A stretch of DNA of 32,021 nucleotides from a virus (Duplodnaviria > Caudoviricetes): positions 1 through 32,021 of the IMG/VR virus record IMGVR_UViG_3300030376_004262, one strand, 5' to 3'. Each line of letters starts with the position of its first letter. Position 1 is the first letter of the stretch. Below are positions 1 through 7,887 of the stretch, piece by piece. The translations under genes were made by a program, and so were the position numbers. Under the pieces are notes generated by a model. That model searched no databases. It worked only from the letters and a program-made list of their open reading frames with translations, and was not told the DNA's origin.

Positions 1-101
1 GCTAAGCAAACTGTTACAAAAGCAACTTTAAAAGGAACAGAGGGAGCAGCAGATAGTGCAGCAGGTTTAGCAAAAACTTCTGCAGCATTACCTTTTCCTG
101 C
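1..101. repeat. Terminal direct repeat / circular assembly overlap with 31921-32021
   Basis: 1-101 equals 31921-32021 except position 3 (GCT vs GCA, both Ala in the tape measure frame). Confidence 0.95.
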
Positions 102-426
102 TAACATACCTCTAATTATAGGTTATGTTGCTCAAGCAGTTGGAATAATTGGTGCAATAAAAAGTGCAGTTGGTCAAGCAAAATCAGCAGCATCATCAGT
201 TGGTGCATCTGGTGGTGGCACAGAAATATCTACACCCACAGCATCAGTTGGATCAGCAGCATCACTTCCTCCAGACCTAACATCTGTTAGTGGAACAGGA
301 GAAAATCAACTTGCAGATATTATTGCAGGTCAGAATCAGCAACCAATACAAACCTTTGTTGTAGCAAGTGAAGTAACTACTGCACAGAGTTTAGAAAGGA
401 ACATTGTTGATGGTGCAACATTATAA
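1..426 (+). CDS. C-terminal part of tape measure protein (continues from 30451 across the circular join)
   Basis: Frame 1 is open from base 1 to TAA at 424-426. It is Ala/Gly/Ser-rich with a hydrophobic segment (LPFPANIPLIIGYVAQAVGIIGAI) and in frame with the 30451 ORF through the overlap. Confidence 0.8.
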   Translation, partial: AKQTVTKATLKGTEGAADSAAGLAKTSAALPFPANIPLIIGYVAQAVGIIGAIKSAVGQAKSAASSVGASGGGTEISTPTASVGSAASLPPDLTSVSGTGENQLADIIAGQNQQPIQTFVVASEVTTAQSLERNIVDGATL

Positions 427-429
427 ATA

Positions 430-455
430 CAAAAAACAAAATTAAATTCGTTATA
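430..455 (+). promoter_or_regulatory. Putative phage late promoter CAAA-N14-TCGTTATA
   Basis: TCGTTATA at 448-455, 5 nt before ATG 461. The same motif and spacing precede other structural operons. Confidence 0.75.
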
Positions 456-460
456 ATATT

Positions 461-1051
461 ATGAGAATAGTAGAATTAGTGCTTGATGAAGATCAAGAAA
501 TGACAGGGATTGAAGCAATAAGCATTGTAGAATCTCCTGCTATTGAAGCAGATTTTGTCGCTTTAAAAGCTGATGAAATCAAATTAGCAGAAATAAATAA
601 AGAAAAGAAAATATTAATGGGAGCATTATTAATCCCTAATAAACCTATTTTCAGAAACTCAGATGATCAGGATGATTATTACATTTATTTCTCAAAAGAT
701 ACAGTTGAGAAAGCATCTCAATTATATCTCAAAAATGGAAATCAAAACAATTCAACCTTAGAACATCAACATTCTTTGAATGGTTTGACATTGGTAGAAT
801 CATGGATAGTTGAGGATACAAAGTTTGACAAATCTAGAAAATATGGCATGAATGTGCCTGTTGGTACATGGATGGGCTCAGTCAAAGTAAATAATGACGA
901 GGTCTGGAATGAATATGTAAAAACAGGAAAGGTCAAAGGATTCTCAATAGAGGGCTACTTTGCTGATAAAATGGAAAGACCAAAAGATTCTGTTGGATTA
1001 TCAAAAGATGAAAAATTAATTAATAAAATAAAAGAAATATTACAATCATGA
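461..1051 (+). CDS. Prohead (maturation) serine protease, XkdF-like
   Basis: AISIVESPAIE, TLEH, ESWIVED, GTWMGS and VKGFSIEG motifs; first gene of the head module. Confidence 0.8.
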   Translation: MRIVELVLDEDQEMTGIEAISIVESPAIEADFVALKADEIKLAEINKEKKILMGALLIPNKPIFRNSDDQDDYYIYFSKDTVEKASQLYLKNGNQNNSTLEHQHSLNGLTLVESWIVEDTKFDKSRKYGMNVPVGTWMGSVKVNNDEVWNEYVKTGKVKGFSIEGYFADKMERPKDSVGLSKDEKLINKIKEILQS

Positions 1052-1461
1052 TTACACCAGAAAAATTTAATAAGATAGTAGCTAAACTACCAAAGGATAA
1101 AACAGAATTAGCAAAAGTTGAATTAGCAATAGCTGATGACATTAAAGGACTTATAAACCAAATGAAAGGCAAAGTCCAAGAAATGAAAAATGGCGAAAAA
1201 GAAGCAGATGATTTCAAAAAAAGAATTGACAAAATCTTTGCAGAAGCAGACAAAGCAGAAAAAAGATTAGAAAAATTAGCTGAATCTGGAGATAAACTTT
1301 ATGACAGAGGAGTTAAATTAATGCAGAAAGCAGAAAAAGCTGCGAAAGATTTAGGAGTTGCACCAAGTAATATTGGAGGATTCAAAGATCTTGAAAAAGC
1401 TATTCAAGAAGTAGATGTTGCAGGTGTAGACTTAGGAACAAAAGCTAGAACTATATATTAA
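1048..1461 (+). CDS. Coiled-coil protein, probable internal head protein
   Basis: ATGA overlap with the protease gene; Lys/Glu/Ala helical sequence; KTELAKVELA near the N-terminus. Confidence 0.6.
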   Translation: MITPEKFNKIVAKLPKDKTELAKVELAIADDIKGLINQMKGKVQEMKNGEKEADDFKKRIDKIFAEADKAEKRLEKLAESGDKLYDRGVKLMQKAEKAAKDLGVAPSNIGGFKDLEKAIQEVDVAGVDLGTKARTIY

Positions 1462-1616
1462 TGAACAGAAAAATTACAAATTATATTCCTGCTAGAAGTA
1501 GTCCCAGAGGATCAACTAGAGCATGTTTATGTAAAGATAGTTTAACCTATTCAAGAAAGTGCTGTAATCAGGACATTATGAATCAGGGAGTTGGTGTTGT
1601 AACCAAAATAAGTTAA
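1461..1616 (+). CDS. Small Cys-rich protein (51 aa, not in ORF track)
   Basis: MNRKITNYIPARSSPRGSTRACLCKDSLTYSRKCCNQDIMNQGVGVVTKIS; TAATG coupling to the upstream gene; CxC and CC motifs. Confidence 0.7.
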   Translation: MNRKITNYIPARSSPRGSTRACLCKDSLTYSRKCCNQDIMNQGVGVVTKIS

Positions 1617-1621
1617 AAATG

Positions 1622-1647
1622 CAAAATTAAAAATTAAAATCGTTATA
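1622..1647 (+). promoter_or_regulatory. Putative phage late promoter CAAA-N14-TCGTTATA
   Basis: TCGTTATA at 1640-1647 and CAAA at 1622, upstream of the scaffold ATG 1657. Confidence 0.75.
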
Positions 1648-1656
1648 CTATATATT

Positions 1657-2337
1657 ATGAAAAATCAAGAAATGATAAATCAAATAAAAACACTTTTGAA
1701 TCTTGAAGTAAAACTTGAAGAACAGAAGTTAGAAAATGGCACACTTGTAGAAGCTGACTCTTTTGAAAAAGGAAAAGAGATATTTATTAAAACAGATGAT
1801 GAAAAAGTTGCTATGCCTGTGGGCGAGTATATTTTAGAAGATGGTAGATTATTAGTTGTTGAAGAAGAAGGCATGATTGCTGATATGAGACAACCATCTG
1901 ATGATGTACCACAAAAAGAAGATGCAGGAAAAGAAAAAGATGAGGATGGTTACAAGAAAGAAGAAACAGAAGATTTAGAAGAAAAGAAAGAAGAAGAAAA
2001 AATGGATGAGGAAGCTGATGTTGCTGATTGGAAAGGCATGGAAATAAGAATTAAAAATCTTGAAGATGCTATTTCAGATCTTAAAAAAGATAAGGAATCT
2101 AAAATGGAAGAAGAAGAAGAAGTTGAAATGGAGAATGAAGTTAATAGACAACCTAAATCCAGAACAATTAAAGAAGAATTTTCTAAGGAAGAATTATCTG
2201 AAGCTGCTGTAGAGCCAATCAAACATAGCCCTGAAGCATCTTTTGGAGAAATTAAACAAAAAGTTTTCGCTAAAGGACAATATAAAACAACTTTAGATAG
2301 AGTTTTAAATAAATTAAATAACAAAATAAATAAATAA
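1657..2337 (+). CDS. Capsid scaffolding protein
   Basis: Very acidic, Glu-rich protein between protease and major capsid; MPVGEYILEDGRLLVVEEEG motif. Confidence 0.7.
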   Translation: MKNQEMINQIKTLLNLEVKLEEQKLENGTLVEADSFEKGKEIFIKTDDEKVAMPVGEYILEDGRLLVVEEEGMIADMRQPSDDVPQKEDAGKEKDEDGYKKEETEDLEEKKEEEKMDEEADVADWKGMEIRIKNLEDAISDLKKDKESKMEEEEEVEMENEVNRQPKSRTIKEEFSKEELSEAAVEPIKHSPEASFGEIKQKVFAKGQYKTTLDRVLNKLNNKINK

Positions 2338-2339
2338 AA

Positions 2340-2771
2340 ATGAGCACATTTAAATATTCATCAAATGATGTAAACAGAAACAGACCTGTTCAAGATTCTC
2401 TAGTTGGCAATAAAGCCATTTCAGTATCAGATGCAGGTGCAGATCAAAATTCAAGTGGTGGGTCACATACTCACACATTACCTGAATTAAATTCTAATTA
2501 TGTAGGTCTAACTTATAGATTTAGAAATTTAGGAACAGGGGGAACTCATGGTTTAACACTAGACCCTCATGCAAATAATAAAATCATTGGATCATTCACT
2601 TTGGCTGATTCAGTAGTTTCAGCAGCGAGTAATGGTGCAGGAGCAAATGGGAAGCATATTGTAAATACAGCAGGAACTTCTAAAAAAGGAGATTGGGTTG
2701 AATTATGTGCAGTATCTTCTACTGAGTGGGCAATTTGTGGATCTCAGGGAATTTGGGCATTTGAAGCGTAA
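2340..2771 (+). CDS. Putative head decoration / head fibre-like protein
   Basis: Gly/Ser/Thr-rich beta-type sequence immediately before the capsid gene; call rests mainly on position. Confidence 0.45.
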   Translation: MSTFKYSSNDVNRNRPVQDSLVGNKAISVSDAGADQNSSGGSHTHTLPELNSNYVGLTYRFRNLGTGGTHGLTLDPHANNKIIGSFTLADSVVSAASNGAGANGKHIVNTAGTSKKGDWVELCAVSSTEWAICGSQGIWAFEA

Positions 2772-2798
2772 TAAATTAAAATTTAAAAATTAAATAAA

Positions 2799-3761
2799 AT
2801 GAATAATAGAAAAATTGAATTAGCAACTGCAACTAACATCACGACAACCTATGCAGGTGAGTTCGCAGGTGAATATATAGCTGCAGCTTTATTAAGTGCT
2901 TCCACAATTGATGATGGAGGTCTAACAGTAAAACCAAATATTGCTTACAAAGAAGTGATTAAAAGATTGGATACAGGTGCAGTAGTATCAGATGCTAGCT
3001 GTGACTTTAATCCTAACTCAAGTGTTACTCTAACAGAAAGAATTATAGAGCCAACTGAGTTACAAGTTAACCTTCAATTATGTAAGAAAGATTTTATTAA
3101 TGATTGGGAAGCTCAAAGCATGGGCTATGGTATGGGTAGAACTTTACCTCCTAAATTTAGCGACTTTATGCTTGCTCATGTAGCAAATCAAGTTGCTCAG
3201 AAAACAGAACAAACTATTTTCACAGGAGTTGCTGCAAATGCAGGAGAATATGATGGATTTGAAACATTAATGACTGCTGATGGCAATATTCCTGCAGGTC
3301 AGGATCTTGCTGCAGTTGGTGGTGGAATCAACTCTGGAAATGTTATTGCAGAATTAAGCAGAGTAGTGGATGCAATACCATCTGCTCTTTATGGAAAAGA
3401 AGATTTATTTATCTACATTCCAAGTGCTACTGCTAAAGCATATGTTCAAGCATTAGGTGGCTTTGCTGCTAATGGCTTAGGTGCTGCAGGTGTGAATGAT
3501 CAGGGAACTCAATGGTGGAACAATGGATCATTAACTGTGAATGGTGTCAAGATTTTTGTTTGCCCAGGTATGTCAGCTAACAAAATGTTTGCTGCTCAGA
3601 GAAGTAACTTATACTTTGGCTGTGGCTTGCTAAATAATATGAACGAAGTTAAGGTCATAGACATGCAGGACATTGATGGATCGCAAAATGTGAGAATGAT
3701 AATGAGATTTTCAGCTTCTGTGCAGTATGGCATTTCTGAGGATCTAGTTTACTATTCTTAA
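2799..3761 (+). CDS. Major capsid protein
   Basis: 320 aa, follows the scaffold; TTTYAGEFAGEYIAAALLS and VRMIMRFSASVQYG resemble Bacteroidota phage capsid proteins; strong terminator follows. Confidence 0.85.
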   Translation: MNNRKIELATATNITTTYAGEFAGEYIAAALLSASTIDDGGLTVKPNIAYKEVIKRLDTGAVVSDASCDFNPNSSVTLTERIIEPTELQVNLQLCKKDFINDWEAQSMGYGMGRTLPPKFSDFMLAHVANQVAQKTEQTIFTGVAANAGEYDGFETLMTADGNIPAGQDLAAVGGGINSGNVIAELSRVVDAIPSALYGKEDLFIYIPSATAKAYVQALGGFAANGLGAAGVNDQGTQWWNNGSLTVNGVKIFVCPGMSANKMFAAQRSNLYFGCGLLNNMNEVKVIDMQDIDGSQNVRMIMRFSASVQYGISEDLVYYS

Positions 3762-3780
3762 TAAATTAAATTAACCTGAA

Positions 3781-3820
3781 AAAGAGGTAAGTGAGATTTT
3801 ACTTACTTACCTTTTTTTTT
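3781..3820 (+). terminator. Rho-independent terminator after the capsid gene
   Basis: AGGTAAGTGAG-attttA-CTTACTTACCT stem followed by a T-run. Confidence 0.85.
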
Positions 3821-3838
3821 AAATAAAAAAATAATACT

Positions 3839-4354
3839 ATGGCATGTGCATTGACAACAGGAAGAAAAGTACCTTGCAAATCAGCTTTTGGTGGCATTAA
3901 AACAGTTTATATGGCAGATTTTCCTGTCACTGCAACTGTAGATGCTGATCAAACCATTTCAGCTTTCTCAGGATCGCCTACTTGGTTTCAATTTGATTTA
4001 AAAGGAAATTCTTCATTAGAAACAACTATTACTAGTTCTAGAGATAATGGAACTACTTTTTATACACAAACTCTAAATATGACTTTAACATTTTTAGATA
4101 ACTTAACAAAAAATGAATTACAACTTATTGCAGTCGCAAGACCTGTGATTGTTGTAGAAGATTACTATGGAAATCAATTCCTTTGTGGCTATGAGAATGG
4201 CATGGAGGTAACTGGGGGCACAATTGTAACTGGAGCAGCTGCAGGCGACCTTTCAGGATTTACCTTAGTAATGGAGGGTCTTGAAGAAACTGCACCTTAT
4301 TTTGTAGATGCAGGGGTAGTATCAGGATCAAATACTCAAATCGTACCTAATTAG
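3839..4354 (+). CDS. Major tail (tube) protein
   Basis: 171 aa; MAC...C...GGIKTVY, NGTTFYTQTLNMTL and GDLSGFTLVMEGLE pattern typical of tail tube proteins in this phage type. Confidence 0.7.
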   Translation: MACALTTGRKVPCKSAFGGIKTVYMADFPVTATVDADQTISAFSGSPTWFQFDLKGNSSLETTITSSRDNGTTFYTQTLNMTLTFLDNLTKNELQLIAVARPVIVVEDYYGNQFLCGYENGMEVTGGTIVTGAAAGDLSGFTLVMEGLEETAPYFVDAGVVSGSNTQIVPN

Positions 4355-4374
4355 AAATTCATTCTAATTAATCT

Positions 4375-4407
4375 AAAAAAGAAGCACTCTATATGGGTGC
4401 TTTTTTT
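4375..4407 (+). terminator. Rho-independent terminator (possibly bidirectional)
   Basis: A-run, AAGCACTC-tatat-GGGTGCTT stem, T-run. Confidence 0.85.
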
Positions 4408-4414
4408 ATTTTTA

Positions 4415-4440
4415 CAAATAAACATTTTATTTTCGTTATA
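4415..4440 (+). promoter_or_regulatory. Putative phage late promoter CAAA-N14-TCGTTATA
   Basis: TCGTTATA at 4433-4440 and CAAA at 4415; ATG at 4446; lies directly after a terminator. Confidence 0.75.
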
Positions 4441-4445
4441 TAAGT

Positions 4446-4874
4446 ATGATTGTACTTAATACAAACACACCTCAAACATTAAAAGTTATTCCTAGAATAT
4501 ATGAAAGTGCATTTCAGGTGGCTTATACAGATGATTCAACTAATGTTAGAACAGAAGTCAGTATAAGTGGTGCAAGTACATCAGGAAATTATTTAACATG
4601 GTCGCAATCTTTTAATCCTCTGCTCGTTGTAAATCATTTTTACGATTTAGAATTGTTTTCTAACTATGCTTTCTGGAATCAGAATTTTAGTTTATGGCAG
4701 AATTATACAAGATTATGGAATGATGCAAGTGATTTTATAAATGTATTTTATAAAGACAGAATATTTTGCACAAATGAAACCATTGATCAAAAGGTTGATA
4801 AATATTATGATATGAATAAAGGTCAGTTTATAACTACGACTGCTTATAATAATGAGTATATTGTAACATCATGA
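4446..4874 (+). CDS. Structural protein, possible head-closure/neck protein
   Basis: Follows a late promoter and precedes the portal with an ATGA overlap. Confidence 0.45.
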   Translation: MIVLNTNTPQTLKVIPRIYESAFQVAYTDDSTNVRTEVSISGASTSGNYLTWSQSFNPLLVVNHFYDLELFSNYAFWNQNFSLWQNYTRLWNDASDFINVFYKDRIFCTNETIDQKVDKYYDMNKGQFITTTAYNNEYIVTS

Positions 4875-7261
4875 AAAAAAATTTAAAAAGAAATAAAAAA
4901 GGGCAATTTGTTAGACATAACTCTGAATATAGTTTTGTTAATTTAAGCACATATACATCTCCAGAAATTGTTGAAGTAAACAATAGGGATTGGGTTGATT
5001 ATGGTGCTGATAATAATTATTTTCAGTTTTTAATTGACAGATATAATGGAAGTCCAACAAATAATGCTGCAATAAATGGCATTAGTCAGCAGATATATGG
5101 CAAAGGATTAAATGCAACTGATTCATCTAGAAAACCAGAGGAATATGCACAAATGATTTCTTTGTTTAAAAAAGATTGTGTTAGAAAATTATGCTATGAT
5201 TTAAAGTTAATGGGGCAATGCTCTGTTCAGGTTATATATAATAAGAACAGATCTAAGATTGTTAAATTAGAACACATACCAGTTGAAACATTAAGAGCAG
5301 CAAAAGCTAATGAAGATGGAGAAATCCCTGCATATTATTATTTTAAAGATTGGGCTAAGTTAAAACCAAATGAAGTTCCAAAAAGAATACCTGCTTTTGG
5401 TATGTCAAAAGATCCAATAGAGATTTATTATATTAAACCTTATAAGGCAGGATTTTATTACTATGCACCTGTGGATTATCAGGGTGGTTTACAATATGCA
5501 GAATTGGAGGAGGAGATCTCAAATTACCATTTAAATAATATTATGAATGGTTTAGCACCAAGTATGTTAATTAACTTTAATAATGGTACTCCTAATCAAG
5601 AAGAAAGACAATTATTAGAACAAAAAATAGCACAGAAATTTTCTGGCACGAGTAATGCGGGCAAATTTATACTTGCTTTTAACGACAATAAAGAAGCAGC
5701 AGCAGATATAACACCTGTACAGCTTTCAGATGCTCATCAGCAATATCAGTTTTTAAGTGAAGAATCTACTAAAAAAATTATGGTGGCTCACAGAATTGTA
5801 TCTCCTATGCTTTTAGGAATTAAGGATCAATCAGGATTAGGAAATAATGCAGATGAAATAAAGACAGCAAGTTTATTAATGGACAATACTGTTATTAGAC
5901 CATTTCAGGAATTATTAATTGATTGTTTTGATCATATATTGGCTTATAATGATATTGCCTTAAACCTCTATTTTACAACATTACAACCATTAGAATTTAC
6001 TGAGGTTGATTCTAGGTTACAGGATAGAGAAGATATTGAAGAAGAAACAGGATATGAGTTTAGTACAGATTTAAAGTCAATGCCTATTGATGATGACTTT
6101 GCGATTATTGATGATAGATTAGCTTATTCAACAAAAGAGAAAGCTGAGGAGATGGCAAAAAATATTGGATGTGATGGAATACATACTCACGAATATGAGG
6201 GTGTTATATGGTATATGCCATGTAAAGAACATATTAAAAAATTGAAAAAACCTTGTTGGGATGGTTACGAACAGAGAGGAATGAAAATGAAAAATGGAAG
6301 AAAAGTTCCTAACTGTGTTAAAATGAGTAAAACTAAATTAAGTGAGTTTGTTGATTTAAAAATGATTGATGGCAAACAAGCATATGATACAAAAAAAGAA
6401 GCAGAAGAAAAAGCAAAAGAAATGGGTTGCGAGGGATCTCATGAGCATGAGGTTGAGGGTGTTACTTATTATATGCCCTGCGAGAATCATGAAGAATTAA
6501 AAGCACCATGTTGGGATGGCTATGAGCAAATTGGTACAAAGAAAAAGAATGGCAAAGAAGTTCCAAACTGTGTGCCAATGGCAACAGAATTATGTGAATC
6601 AGATGCAAAAAATGTTGTTGGTAGTTTAGCAATAACAGGCAGACCTGTTGATGAATTATATGAAGAAGTCGCTGTTTTGAAAGATGAAGAAATAAGTGCA
6701 GAGGATTATGCTGAATATTTAATTCAACCTAAGAAATCTACTTTGTCCAAAATAAAGGATTTTGTGGGTCTTAAAGGTGCAAGTGAGGATAATGTAGGGA
6801 GCACGAGAGATGGATCAGCATTTAGTTACTTAGATAGCAAAAATGGACTATATAAAATTCGTTATAGATATGCTAATGGCAAAGGATATAGTACCACATC
6901 AAAATCTAGAGATTTTTGCAAAGAAATGATGCGATTAAGTGGAAATAGAAAATCTGGTTTGGTTTGGAGAATAGAGGATATTGATAGAGCATCAAATTTT
7001 GAATCTGTAAATGTTCAATTTAGACACAGACCTAATATAAGATACGACATTTTTAAATTAAAAGGTGGTATTTATTGCCAACATGTTTGGGAGAGGGTTT
7101 TGTTTAGATTAAAAAGTGGAAAATATGAAAGTTCTAATCTAGATAATTATAAAAGAACAGGCACAATCCCTAGATCTTATATTAAAAATCCTAGAGGAAC
7201 AAGACAAAGTGAAATTGCAACAGATAAATTGCCAGGCAGGGGGGCATATCCAAAGAAATAA
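4871..7261 (+). CDS. Portal protein with a long C-terminal extension
   Basis: The N-terminal ~390 aa are portal-like (WVDYGADNNY, SPTNNAAING, NGLAPSMLINF, AHRIVSPMLLG, NTVIRPFQ). Cys/His repeats and a SRDFCKEMM...KGGIYCQHVWER domain follow. Confidence 0.85.
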   Translation: MKKNLKRNKKGQFVRHNSEYSFVNLSTYTSPEIVEVNNRDWVDYGADNNYFQFLIDRYNGSPTNNAAINGISQQIYGKGLNATDSSRKPEEYAQMISLFKKDCVRKLCYDLKLMGQCSVQVIYNKNRSKIVKLEHIPVETLRAAKANEDGEIPAYYYFKDWAKLKPNEVPKRIPAFGMSKDPIEIYYIKPYKAGFYYYAPVDYQGGLQYAELEEEISNYHLNNIMNGLAPSMLINFNNGTPNQEERQLLEQKIAQKFSGTSNAGKFILAFNDNKEAAADITPVQLSDAHQQYQFLSEESTKKIMVAHRIVSPMLLGIKDQSGLGNNADEIKTASLLMDNTVIRPFQELLIDCFDHILAYNDIALNLYFTTLQPLEFTEVDSRLQDREDIEEETGYEFSTDLKSMPIDDDFAIIDDRLAYSTKEKAEEMAKNIGCDGIHTHEYEGVIWYMPCKEHIKKLKKPCWDGYEQRGMKMKNGRKVPNCVKMSKTKLSEFVDLKMIDGKQAYDTKKEAEEKAKEMGCEGSHEHEVEGVTYYMPCENHEELKAPCWDGYEQIGTKKKNGKEVPNCVPMATELCESDAKNVVGSLAITGRPVDELYEEVAVLKDEEISAEDYAEYLIQPKKSTLSKIKDFVGLKGASEDNVGSTRDGSAFSYLDSKNGLYKIRYRYANGKGYSTTSKSRDFCKEMMRLSGNRKSGLVWRIEDIDRASNFESVNVQFRHRPNIRYDIFKLKGGIYCQHVWERVLFRLKSGKYESSNLDNYKRTGTIPRSYIKNPRGTRQSEIATDKLPGRGAYPKK
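6104..6575 (+). repeat. Tandem ~85-aa A-B/A-B protein repeat within the portal
   Basis: AYxTKxxAEExAKxxGCxGxHxHExEGVxxYMPCxxH occurs twice; PCWDGYEQxGxKxKNGxxVPNCV occurs twice (6251 and 6506, period 255 nt). Confidence 0.9.
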
Positions 7262-7264
7262 ATT

Positions 7265-7771
7265 ATGGCGACACAATTATTTATAAATAGAACAGATCTA
7301 GTTAGGAACAGCATCATTGATGGCAATGTTGATACCAACAAATTCATTCAATTTCTAAAAATCGCACAGGAAATACATATACAAAATTATATGGGAACTG
7401 AGTTATATAATGAATTGATTGAAAAAATGCCAAATATTGATCAGGTTGCAAATGCTAAATACAAAACATTATTACAAGACTACATCCAACCAATGTTAAT
7501 CTGGTTTGCTCAGGTGGAATATATTCCATTTGCTGCTTACCAAATTCGTAATGGAGGGGTTTACAAACATTTAAGTGAAACATCAGAAACAGTAAGTAAA
7601 AACGAGGTGGATTTTTTAGTTGAAAAAGCAAGAACAAATGCTGAATGGTATTCTAGAAGATTTATTGATTATATGGCTTTTAATCAAAGTCAATTTCCAA
7701 AATATGTATCTAATTCAAATGATGATATATATCCATCTCAGGATGCAACATTTAATGGATGGGTTTTATGA
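7265..7771 (+). CDS. Putative head-tail adaptor/connector protein
   Basis: 168 aa, helical, directly after the portal; IDGNVD...IAQEIHIQNYMGTELY pattern. Confidence 0.6.
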   Translation: MATQLFINRTDLVRNSIIDGNVDTNKFIQFLKIAQEIHIQNYMGTELYNELIEKMPNIDQVANAKYKTLLQDYIQPMLIWFAQVEYIPFAAYQIRNGGVYKHLSETSETVSKNEVDFLVEKARTNAEWYSRRFIDYMAFNQSQFPKYVSNSNDDIYPSQDATFNGWVL

Positions 7772-7887
7772 GTTATAAAGGAAGTACATGGAAATCAAAA
7801 CCAAAGGAAAAAAATTTGAAGAAATTAAAAATATTTTTAAAAAAGATAGAAGAAAATAAAACAAAAAAAGATGGCGACACTATTTAA
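7768..7887 (+). CDS. Small basic protein (39 aa, not in ORF track)
   Basis: MSYKGSTWKSKPKEKNLKKLKIFLKKIEENKTKKDGDTI; ATGA overlap; fills the gap between genes. Confidence 0.5.
   Translation: MSYKGSTWKSKPKEKNLKKLKIFLKKIEENKTKKDGDTI

Noticed and set aside
6104-6575. CRISPR-like array or intein in the portal
   Set aside because: The repeats are in-frame diverged protein repeats without constant DNA repeats and spacers, and there are no intein splice motifs
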